Assembly (NCBI GenBank): GCA_002269645.1
Contig: NIVC01003590.1
Location: 25,281-89,280, forward strand
Reading direction: 5' to 3'
Source of the DNA: Macrostomum lignano
Lineage: Eukaryota
DNA: 64,000 nucleotides
Position numbers and translations under genes: made by a program. The notes under the pieces were generated by a model that had not been told where the DNA came from, searched no databases, and worked only from the letters and a program-made list of their open reading frames with translations. Positions 1-10,781 of this stretch are shown here, one piece after another (within the stretch, counting starts at the first letter, position 1; each line of letters begins with the position of its first letter).

Positions 1-376
1 TAGTCTGACTGACAGAGGCCGGGGAGAGGGGATAGTCTGACTGACAGAGGCTGGGGAGAGGGGATAGTCTGACTGACAGAGGCTGGGGAGAGGGGATAGT
101 CTGACTGACAGAGGCTGGGGAGGGGATAGTCTGACTGACAGAGGCTGGGGAGAGGGGATAGTCTGACTGACAGAGGCGGGGAGAGGGGATAGTCTGACTG
201 ACAGAGGCGGGGAGAGGGGATAGTCTGACTGACAGGCGGGGAGAGGGGATAGTCTGACTGACAGAGGCGGGGAGAGGGGATAGTCTGACTGACAGAGGCG
301 GGGAGAGGGGATAGTCTGACTGACAGAGGCGGGGAGAGGGGATAGTCTGACTGACAGAGGCGGGGAGAGGGGATAG
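1..376. repeat. Minisatellite, ~31-bp unit (GGGATAGTCTGACTGACAGAGGCGGGGAGAG)
   Basis: About 12 tandem copies, running off the window start. Confidence 0.95.
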
Positions 377-1239
377 TGTGAAATCTACCCACAGAATTCT
401 CATCCAGCCTTTCCAAGCAAATATTTATCATCGAAAGAAGATACTCAAGCCCAGACTCTCCGCTCCATCTGGCAGGATGAAGACATCAGCTTCCGCCACA
501 AGTGGCAATCAAAATGGAGGCCGCCGTTGCACAAGCGCAGAAGTTCTCGGGTAAACAGAGCCGTCTTCCTCCGCTGCAGACTCCACCCAGAATCCCACAG
601 GCTTAGATGAGGCACAAGAAAAAAGCTGGGTGGAGCCCGGCTTATCCATCATCATCCCTCAATTCTGCACTCGCTTATTTCCAGCCCCATCCAGATTCGC
701 CGTGCGCAATATCCAGCTGGCATAAAAGCAATGGAAGAAGGCAGTAAAAAACACGCCACAGCCCCAGCCTCCCTGTTGCTATCCAGTTGCCATGCGCGGA
801 GGCTGCATGTGTTCCTCATCTTCGATCCTCGTCCACTTAGCCGGGAATGGGCCAGCATTCGGTGGCGAGAGAAGGTCAGGAATTCGGTGCGTAGCAAATG
901 GCCCGGCCGCCCCCCTCAAAAATGCAGCCGCCAGTCCTCGGGGGAAAGAGGCGTAAAAGCGCGCCGATTCAAATCAGATTACAGCCATCGGTTTCGGGGA
1001 TAATATCGTCGCATTTTTTTCTGAGTGCCGCCGCAATGCGCAAGCGGCTTCGCTTTGTAATTTTTAATTAGATTGCGGCCTGACATCATTTAAAGCGGCG
1101 CTTTTATGATCCCCGCTTCACTGGACACTGATTCGGGCACGCAAAATGCCCGGTCCGCTGGGAGCTTCTGCCTCACATTCCGGCTTGGTATTTGGGGTCC
1201 AGGGTGCTCAGAGTCCGACTCAGAGCTCGGACTCGGCTT

Positions 1240-1765
1240 GGAGATTTGAGTTTGGAATGTGCAATTTCCGGCTTGGAATGTACCGGTTTAGAATGTGGAG
1301 CTTCCGGTTTGGAATTTATATGCAATTTTTTTCGATTGTTTTGAATGTGCGATTCCGGATTTGGAAGTTCCTGGTTGGGAATGTGAAGTTTCAGCTTTGG
1401 AATGTGCAGTTCCTGGTTGGGAATGTGAAGTTTCAGCTTTGGAATGTGAAGTTTCAGCTTTGGAATGTGCAGTTCCTGGTTGGGAATGTGAAGTTTCAGC
1501 TTTGGAATGTGCAGTTCCTGGTTGGGAATGTGAAGTTTCAGATTTGGAATGTGCAGTTTCAGGTTTGGAATGTACAGTTTCGGGTTTTGGAATGTGCAGT
1601 TCCAGGTGTGGAATGTGCAGTTTCAGGTTTGGAATGTGCATTTACAGGTTTGGAATGTGCAGTTTCAGGTTTGGAATGTGCAGCTTCGGGTTTGGAATGT
1701 GGAGCCTCCGGTTTGGAATGTGAATTTTCGGGTTCGGAATGTACAGTTTCGAGTTTGGAATTAGC
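1240..1765. repeat. Degenerate ~21-bp minisatellite (GGAATGTGCAGTTTCAGGTTT)
   Basis: Tandem GGAATGT-anchored units; explains the overlapping repetitive ORFs at 1146-1772. Confidence 0.9.
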
Positions 1766-2609
1766 AAAATAGCAAAAACTAAAACTAAAACGGAAAATGT
1801 TTTTTAAGATACAAATGTGAGTGTAAATAATATTGAGATAGTATGATATAATTTAATAAAGTTTTAATCTTTAAATTTATTTAAATATCTGTATTTGACG
1901 GCCATAGCCTCTATCAGATAGCATTACTGAGATAATATAAAGAGTAATAACAACACAGTAATAATAATACTACTCGGACTGCAGTCAGTACTGCGGTGCT
2001 AACACAGACCAATGACAACACAACGCTCATCTGCATAACGCAAGCAGCCAGCGCCGCGACAGCACACGATTGGGCGGGGCTCAAAGGTGCTCAGAAGATG
2101 ACTAGATAAGGTTGAACAGCGGATCACGTGACCGAAGCTGAACTGCCGGTGCAGGGAAAGACGAAAGCGACAGGAGAAGTCAGACAAACAGAAGAGGACA
2201 GTTGAAGCACAGAGGGGCGGCTTGCCGGGTGGAGCCTGAGGGCTGCAGAGTTACACAATACTTTTATTCCCACTACTGAGCTGATTCAATTGAAATTGAA
2301 TGAAGCGAATTTCTGTAAGACAAAATCTGCGTGCCCTACTTGAAGTAGTCAGCAGTGATGAGTTAAATCAGACGCGAATTAGGGCGAAAAATAAAAACAA
2401 AATCTTTAACAAATGATCGCACGATGAAGTGCGGATTTTTCCTACTGGGAGATCAGCTGGACCAGGTGCTAAAAGCTTTGTTGCTGGGTATTATAGCAAC
2501 TGGGAGGCAAAGGGGATAGCGGGAAAACCAAAGGGGGAGATGGAGATGTAGAGTTATAGAAACTGAGAGGTAGATAGTGACTGGTAAACAGAGAAGGGAT
2601 TTTGGCGGA

Positions 2610-3030
2610 GACAGGGGTAGACAGAGGAGGGTAGAAAGTGGGTATAGGCAGAGAGGTAGACATGTAGGGGTAGAGAGAGGAGGGTAGACTGTGGGTAGAC
2701 AGAGGAGGGTAGACAGAGGAGGGTAGACAGAAAAGGGTAGACAGAGGAGGGTAGACAGAGGAGGGTAGACTGGGGGTAGACAGAGGAGGGTAGACTGTGG
2801 GGTAGACAGGAGGGTAGACAGAGGAGGGTAGACAGAAAAGGGTAGACAGAGGAGGGTAGACAGAGGAGGGTAGACTGGGGGTAGACAGAGGAGGGTAGAC
2901 AGTGGGGTAGACAGGAGGGTTGACAGTGGGGGCAGACAGAGAGGTAGTCAGTGAGAGGTAGGCAATAGGGTAGACAGTGAGAGTTAGACAGTAAGGGGTA
3001 GACAATCGACGGTAGACAGTGAGAGATACA
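2610..3030. repeat. Purine-rich low-complexity repeat (GGGTAGACAGAGGA-type)
   Basis: Tandem GGGTAGACAG motifs. Confidence 0.85.
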
Positions 3031-3119
3031 GGGGAGAAAAGGGGAAGAAGGTGAAGCGCAGAAACAGGAAGTCCCTAAGCTATGCGGGTGTGCATTTATA
3101 CATAAAAAATGTTAGAAGT

Positions 3120-4992
3120 TCAAAGCCGATCGGCGCTCTGCGCCTTGCCGAACTGCGCGACCCCGGCGGCATCGGCAGAGGCGGAGACTGCGGGCGGCGG
3201 CACTGCAAACAGCGGCCTGGGCCGGCTAAGCGAGAAGTAGGGCAGCTGGGGCGGCGGCTGCGCTTGAGGCTGAGGAGAGGCCGGCCGGAACTGATGAAGC
3301 TGCGGAGGCTGCAGGCCCGGGCTGCCGCAGTGGCGGGGGAGGCTCGGACATGAAGATCCGGACGGATGAAAGCTGCCACCGCCGGCACCGGCTTGGGGAA
3401 ACGGCGGAAGCAGCTGGCGTTGCTGCTGCTGGGGATGCTGCGGGTAGGCAACCGAAAGCCTCATCATCGGCTCCAGCTCCGGCGCCGCCCCGGCGGTGCT
3501 GCCAGCCAAAGTTGCCGCCGGAGCCGCCGCTGCAGCTGTCACGGCGTCGTCGGCCGACCAGGCCACGCGGTTGGCGCCGTCGCTGCCGACGCAAGCGCCG
3601 ATGGCCGGGGAGCGCGAGCGGACAGGGCCGGCCGAGGAGCGCCGGCCGGGCGCCGCTTGCTGCTGCTGGAGACGCAGCTGCTGGGCGATCGTGTTCTGAA
3701 TGTCCTCTGGTGATGAGGTCGCGGGAAGCTCGAGAATTGAGCACCGACTAAAACTGCCAAGCAATAAAGCAGCACCCAAAGCTCTCGCGCAACTCACCAA
3801 TCTGTTTGTCAACGCCGGAGCTGCTCGAAGTCTGCAGCGCAACAGACGGCGGCAGCAGAGACTGCGGCGGCGGGAGAGGCGGCGGCAGCAATGGCGGACA
3901 GTCGGCATCGGGACGGGCTGACCTGCAGGTGGCGGCGAGGTCAAGGGCCAGGTCCAGCTCAGCATCCGTGAGGAAGTTCACGCCGAGCTCGATTTCAGCG
4001 TCCGGCTCTTCAATGAGCGGCAGCTCGGGTGGCTCATCGGTCTGGCAGGCCTGCGTGACGCATTGGGGAGGTGATTGGGGATTGAAGGGCGATTCTTGAT
4101 GAGATTGAAGGGCGATTCTTGATGAGATTGAAGGGCGATTCTTGATGAGATTGAAGGGCGATTCTTGATGAGATTGAAGGGCGATTCTTGATGAGATTGA
4201 AGGGCGATTCTTGATGAGATTGAAGGGCGATTCTTGATGAGATTGAAGGGCGATTCTTGATGAGATTGAAGGGCGATTCTTAAGGGGATTGAAGGCGATT
4301 CTTGAGGGATTGGAGGGCGATTTTTGAGGGGATTGAAGACCAATTCTTAATGAGATTGAAGGGCGATTATTGAGGTGATTGAAGGCGATTCTTGAGGGAA
4401 TTGAAGGGCGATTCTTGAGGGACTGAAGGGCGATTCTTGAAGGGAATTGAAGGCCGATTCTTGAGGGGATTGAAGGCGATTCTTGAGAGGATTGAAGGCC
4501 GATTCTTGAAGGGACGGCACTGCGATTCTGATGCTCCATCTTTAAAGCACGGGCTTCATCACAGCTCAGCCAGCCTCCCAGCCTCACCTTCTCCTCGGCG
4601 GTCGCTGAGGCCGCCATCGCCGAAGCCGCGGCAGCCGCTGCCTGCAGCAGCCGCCAGCAGACCTGCCAGGACTCCGCTGCTCCATGGGCAGTCAAGGACG
4701 CATCGCCGTTGCCATTAGCAACCGAATCGCCCGCCTCGACAAAGCCGTTTCCAGCCAGATTGGCTTGAGCATCACTACTGTGACTCGGGTTGGAGCCCGG
4801 ACACTGCGGCAGCTGGGCCAGCGCCTCGGACAGACGGGCGGCCAGTTGGGACCGGCCATCAGCGACGGCCCCAGTGGCAGCCAGCGGTGGCAGGGAGGCC
4901 AGCAGGGAGCAGCAGGCGGTCAGGTAGGTCCGGGTGCAGTCTGTCAAGCTGCGCAGGGCGGCGGCCTGCTCAGCAGCGAGAGCTGAGGCCAT
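3120..4992 (-). CDS. Putative spliced gene, unknown Ala/Pro/Gln-rich protein
   Basis: GC-rich coding-like blocks (ATG 4992, MASALAAEQ...; candidate donor GAGAAG|GTGAGG at 4588; candidate acceptor CGCAG| at 4050; stop 3120) separated by a minisatellite-filled intron; no recognisable domain, exon structure uncertain. Confidence 0.4.
4075..4510. repeat. 23-bp minisatellite (GAGATTGAAGGGCGATTCTTGAT), probably intronic
   Basis: Tandem copies between two GC-rich coding-like blocks. Confidence 0.9.
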
Positions 4993-6554
4993 CCCGATGC
5001 AGCAGGGAGGAGTCTGGGAGCAGGCAGCAAAATGACTGGAGGCTGGATGAGAAGGTTGCAGGCTGCAGCAATGCTAGCTGTGGGAGATAGAATATGCATA
5101 TTGTTATTGCAGTGAAAACATTGTTCGATTACTTGAAGTCTTACAAGCTCAAGCTGATTATATTAATTAGTTGATGCCTCTGATTGCCTTTGATAATTTG
5201 ATAATTTGATAATAAGGCTCAATTTGGCTTAAAATGTGTCTTGCATTGTGTAAACATTCTTACCAAAAGTAAATGTCTAAATGCTATGTAGATATTGAAA
5301 ATAATACCAATAAAACTATATTTCATTAATTTACTTGAATGCTAAATAAAAATATAAATAAAATGTTTATTTTTCTGATCATTATAACATTTTAGAGCAT
5401 TTTATATGTATGGCACATATATACATACATGCGCAACCTTGGGAATTCACCTGGCCATTTCTATTGGCAACACACACATGTAAGTTGCTATTGGCTAGGA
5501 GCAGTCACGTGACTACTATTCTGTGACTACTAGACCTAAGCCTGATTAAGCCACTAATTCTACACTTTTGAACTTGTTGTAATGGGACTGACATTGGAAA
5601 GCTGCAAATAGTCTATGGCCAAAACATTTAAACATTTTGTGACTTGAAAAAGGTCTATGGTCTAGTCCAAATGTCTATGGTCTTTAACAACTTAACAAAT
5701 AACAAATAAATAGAAATAAAGTCTTAAATTTATTAGCTATAGTACTTAACTACTATAGCTAGGCCTAACTTCAATGTCATGGCTAGATGCCTTCTTGCAT
5801 CATTGTTTATTGTTCCTCCTGCACAAGTGCAGCCAGCATTGGTTCTATGTGATATAGAAATAACCATGCAAGACCTTGCTGTGATGACAGCTACAACATG
5901 TGACCTAATTAACTGGCTAGCAACCTACTAACTTGCATGTATGTAATAACTATTTCCTAAGCCTAATACTTATTTCCTAATGGTAGAATTAGGGTCTCTC
6001 TAAAACATGCACTGTATCACTTTGAACTGCTACACATTATAACATTTTTTATCAATGCAGTATTTGATTGCAGAAAAAACTAATTGTTGTAAGAGTAATG
6101 CAATAAATAACTTTAGATAATATTTTAAATATTATTATTATAAATAGAAAGCCAAAAATCAACATGTGGTTTTTTCAACACGTTTCGCACATCAAGGTGC
6201 TCTAAGCGGGTTCCTGAGCCTGTTTGGTCTAAAGGCCTATTTTGACAGTTCTCTGATTATGTAAGCAAGTTTGCATGACATGGTGTAGCATTTGCTGGTG
6301 CACATTCCTGCTCATTTATATTATCCATATTGATTCTGCTTGCTAGTCACCTGTTATCCCTCCTAGCATTAGGACTTTAGCCACTCGCAATACTTAGCTA
6401 GCTGGGGCTGGTACGTATGCAGTATGCTCGTAGGAGTGGCCAAGTGGCGGCCTGAATGCTTTTATAGATGGAGATCAGCATTCAGTTTCAGAGGATACAT
6501 GTAGAAGTGGAGCTAGAATAGCAATAAAGGCCGAATTAACTATAGATGCTAAAA

Positions 6555-6790
6555 AGTCGCCTGCACACTAGAATCAGGGAGCATTGGCTCAAACCGTCGG
6601 CCATCCAATGATCCAAACCCAAATTTTGGAATGTAACAGATGCTCTAATTGTACACCTGAAGAACGTTTTAAAATAATCGATCAATGCCCATCTGATCGC
6701 AAGCTCAAGATCTTAAAGGCCTTGTACATAAAAAACCAGTCGCCCACCCTTAATATGCAACTCCAACACAGTGGTGCAGGCCATGTCCTC
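6555..6790 (+). mobile_element. Decayed Penelope-like retroelement, C-terminal part of GIY-YIG endonuclease
   Basis: SRLHTRIREHWLKPSAIQ* followed, after a frameshift, by FKIIDQCPSDRKLKILKALYIKNQSPTLNMQ; matches the R.L..R..EH and F.I.......L.ILEALYI....P.LN.Q pattern of PLE endonucleases (recalled family pattern). Confidence 0.6.
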
Positions 6791-6936
6791 CATGTATTCT
6801 GAGCTGAGTGAGAGAGCATTGACCTTGTTGTAACTAACCAGTGCTCATTCAATTATATTTTGTTTTCTACCTATTGGTCTTCGCCCCGCCCTACGGACTA
6901 TCAACCTCCAACTACTTTGTACATACAAAATACGGC

Positions 6937-7035
6937 TATCCTGTAGTTTCGCACGTTAAATTATTACCCCCACCACCCTTGAATAGAGGGCGAAATAATT
7001 CCGTAAAATAATTTAACGTGCGAAACTACAGGATA
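6937..7035. repeat. Perfect 29-bp inverted repeat with 41-nt spacer (MITE-like or hairpin)
   Basis: TATCCTGTAGTTTCGCACGTTAAATTATT (6937-6965) is the exact reverse complement of 7007-7035. Confidence 0.9.
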
Positions 7036-7121
7036 CCCCAAAATACTTACCAGCTACATACGTTCATTGACAAATAATTTATAAATTCGCTTACTCAAAC
7101 CTTTTGTTTCAAACAATATAT

Positions 7122-7153
7122 CTGACGATGCACTTTGGTGTGCAAAACGCGTC
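7122..7153 (+). ncRNA. Degenerate minimal type-I hammerhead ribozyme motif (Penelope-associated)
   Basis: CTGACGA-TGCAC-tttggt-GTGCA-AAAC-GC-GTC: catalytic box 1, 5-bp stem II, palindromic ACGCGT stem III and GUC site; G of GAAA missing and stem I weak. Confidence 0.45.
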
Positions 7154-7907
7154 GAAAAAACCACATATTAATTTTCGGCTTTCTATTTATTTTACTTGCC
7201 AAGCGAGCCAACCTGATTTTATTAGTTTTCATATTCTTGTTTTCATTCATTATCAAATTACTATTAATATGACTTATTTTTCACTCCATTTTATATTTAA
7301 AAGTAAAAAAACTAAATTTAATAAAAACTTAAAGCTTAACAGAAAACGCATTTTGAAATGTCTTCAGTTAAAGTCCAATTTGTTTTAATGTGTAGCGCTG
7401 CAGGGCCGGTGCGGGGCGTGTTTTAGGTAGACTCGGTGTAATTATTGTTTAAAGAAAAATAGCTTGCATGCAATGATATCACGCTAAAAGCGTAAAGCTA
7501 GCAGCATTTAGTGACAATACTCCGCTTTGGGTTGAATCCACCTAGCTCTAGCATGCTTCACGCGTAGGCCTTGGTTGAATCAATCGATTGAATCCAAATG
7601 ATGTACATGCTAAGACGGGTAGACTGCACACTCAAAATACGTAGCTCATTTTTTACTTTCGATCTTCGCTTTGTTTATTTTAAAAGCTAACTTAACTTTG
7701 TGTTCCCTTTATTCATTATACTTTGTACAGCAGTTGTGTGATTTGATAGCTCATTTGATAGCGATTGTGAATGAGCTTTTGAGTGGAACGCAGTTCATTG
7801 TGCATGTAATGTACACGATACGATGTTGATTTTGAAATCCGAGTAAACATGCAAACTCAAACTCAACGCAATGGATGACAAAATGACAATGGATCGCTCC
7901 CCCCTCA

Positions 7908-7985
7908 TGTCGCCGAACTGACTGTCGCCGAATTGACTTGTCGCCGAATTGGCTGTCGCCGAGTCAACCTGTCGCCGAATTAACT
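7908..7985. repeat. Five spaced TGTCGCCGA motifs (possible transposon subterminal array)
   Basis: Motif recurs every 14-15 nt with variable spacers. Confidence 0.6.
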
Positions 7986-10039
7986 GGTTCACCTTGGTGT
8001 CACGAATTAATTGGTCACGTCAGTTTCTAAGAAATGGCGCGATGAGTCCTTGGAATCGAATTGTATTGTACTACAAAGCAAATCCACACAGAATTGGTGC
8101 GTGGGTACCAGTCGTTTCGGTGACAAGTTGCTTTGGTGATAGACACACTTCATTTTTTATGAAAAATTAAAGATTTCATGAGTTATACTGTATAGTGTAG
8201 GCCCTCTATATCTCTATACTTAGCTGTAACAGGAATATATTTAGGCCCCTATACTATAAGAATATCATCACATCCATTGAATTAGTCTATGAACACCTGA
8301 TTTATCAAGGAAGGTTTTATACTATTTTCTTGTGGTATTCAATCTTGTTCTTAGCAATTTATAAAATCAACATGTTTATTTTATTATATTCCAAGGGCAA
8401 GCCACCACAAGGGGCTAAAAGAAACATGTTGATTTGCATTAGTATTCAGTTTTAAAATTTAAATAGGCTTGATTATTTTGACTTTTAACGATATTAGTTT
8501 AGTTTTATTAGGTTATATACCATATTGCAAAAAGTATAGGCCCAACATCTAGTATAGGCCTAGCTATACTAGAAAACACCAACTTAAAAGATAAGACTGG
8601 CAACTAAAATTAAGACACATCAAGCAAAGAGTTGAAAATAGATAGATAAAAAAAGAAAAGAGAAGAAAGATATAAATAGAGAGTTAATCAACTAGGCAAT
8701 AAGGGAGAAAGAGGAATAACAAGATTTAACTAGACAAAAAAAAAGAAAATAGTAGGGGTCAGATGTGATCACAATTGTGATCACGATTTCATGAATTCAC
8801 GACCATTTTTTTCATGATTGTTATTTCTTTGAAACCCATTCATGACAGTCGTGAATTTCTGCTTTGGGCCTTTTTATATTACCAATTCCAGAATCAGAAT
8901 CAGTTCGGAATTCCAAGAAAAACAGTAGTATAACTATTAAACTCTGTTAATATTTGACTGCCTTAACAACCTAACTTAGCACAATTTTTCACTTTCTTTT
9001 TAGCAATTGTCATTCAATAATAAAAACTTTATAGCATGTATCTCCCTCTAGTTATGGAGACAAAAAAGTTATACTTCACAAATTGGTTCTGGTTCTGGAA
9101 CCAGAGCAAGCAATATGAAAAAGCCCTTTATTACATTTTTATTAGAAGTATAACTTTTCTACTTGGTTTACCAAAATATGTGAACACAAATGTGTAAAAG
9201 AGTAATAAATTTTTAATTTGTTGACTTGACAGCATTACCAAGTAGTTATTATCAATTTATAAATATTTCTTTTCTTGTTTTGTTATTTTCAACACTTGTA
9301 ACTTACAAGCTCAAAATACATGTATGCAAATATAAATTCACGATCATGCCTGACTTTGAAAATTCCATGAAATTTCACGCCCAACCAAAATTTTCTGCTC
9401 GTCCAACCTCTAAAAAATAGTAAACAGAGACAAGTGAAGGTAAATAGAAGAAAGTTGCAACAATAATAAAAGTGTTTTATCTAAGTCTAGGTACTCTTTA
9501 AAGCCATTATTATAGGCAGGTATAATTCCATTTCAATGCATATTAGTTCCTATACACACATATATATATACACAATTACTATATGAAACTTTTTAATTTT
9601 AAAGCAATTACAATTTTTAATAAGAATATTAGTATTATATTTTAAATAGTCATTTTTATATAAAAACAAAATAATTTCATACTTGAGTATAATAATTGCT
9701 AAGTTAACAATATTTCTATAATAACAAACTATTAGATACTATAATAACTATAATACTATAATATCAAGAAAAGTGGCAACACTTGCATTTGGCTTTCTAC
9801 GAGTATATGCAGACCCACTAAATCAGTTATCTTCATCATAGTTTACCAACTCTGGGCTGCCTAAGACTTGGAATTATTTAGAAAGAAAAATCAATTTAGG
9901 ACTTAAGGAAAACTCCTAAAGTCAAATCTAGTATATGTGCATAGTGAGCAAGAGAGAAAAAAGACACTTCAGCCCTAAGCCAGACCAATTAGTTAATAAG
10001 TTAGGCTTTCCTCTTGCCTGCTTGTGTCTGACTTTGACC

Positions 10040-10575
10040 TTCTCTCCTTACTGCTCTCTCATTGGCTGAGCTAGATTGGGCCCTGTCCCCTAGACTCAGT
10101 TTCATCCATCTTAGACCTCTCCTTACTGCTCTCTCATTGGCTGAGCTAGATTGGGCCCTGTCCCCTAGACTCAGTTTCATCCATCTTAGACCTCTCCTTA
10201 CTGCTCTCTCATTGGCTGAGCTAGATTGGGCCCTGTCCCCTAGACTCAGTTTCATCCATCTTAGACCTCTCCTTACTGCTCTCTCATTGGCTGAGCTAGA
10301 TTGGGCCCTGTCCCCTATACTGAGTTTCGTCCATCTTAGACCTCTCCATACTGCTCTCTCATTGGCTGAGCTAGATTGGGCCCTGTCCCCTAGGCCTAGA
10401 CTGAGTTTCGTCCATCTTAGACCTCTCCATACTGCTCTCTCATTGGCTGAGCTAGATTGGGCCCTGTCCCCTAGACTGAGTTTCGTCCATCTTAGACCTC
10501 TCCATACTGCTCTCTCATTGGCTGAGCTATATTAGGCCTGTCTGCCCCCCTCCTAGGCTGAGTTTTGTCCATCTT
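10040..10575. repeat. 75-bp tandem repeat, ~7 copies, upstream of the ZDHHC gene
   Basis: CTGAGCTAGATTGGGCCCTGTCCCCTAG...CTCTCTCATTGG units. Confidence 0.95.
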
Positions 10576-10781
10576 AGACTTCTCTCCTATTGGCTGTGGC
10601 ATTGCGCAGACAAACTACTGAAGGAATTGCAGTCACAAGTGAATAGAATGGCTTATATTTTGACTTTTGATTACTTAATTTTTGATAAAGTACTTCTTGG
10701 TTTTCAACGTTTGTGTCAATTCGGCACCCTCAAAATACTTAGATGATTAGGTACCCATTGATTTGCCTTGTCAGCTGCTCG

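Noticed and set aside
380-1010. Coding-like GC-balanced segment and short ORFs
   Set aside because: No frame gave a recognisable protein or a consistent exon; may be UTR or part of a gene outside the window
5462-5513. CCAAT boxes plus GTCACGTGAC E-box as a promoter for the 4992 gene
   Set aside because: Short motifs are expected by chance and there is no TSS evidence
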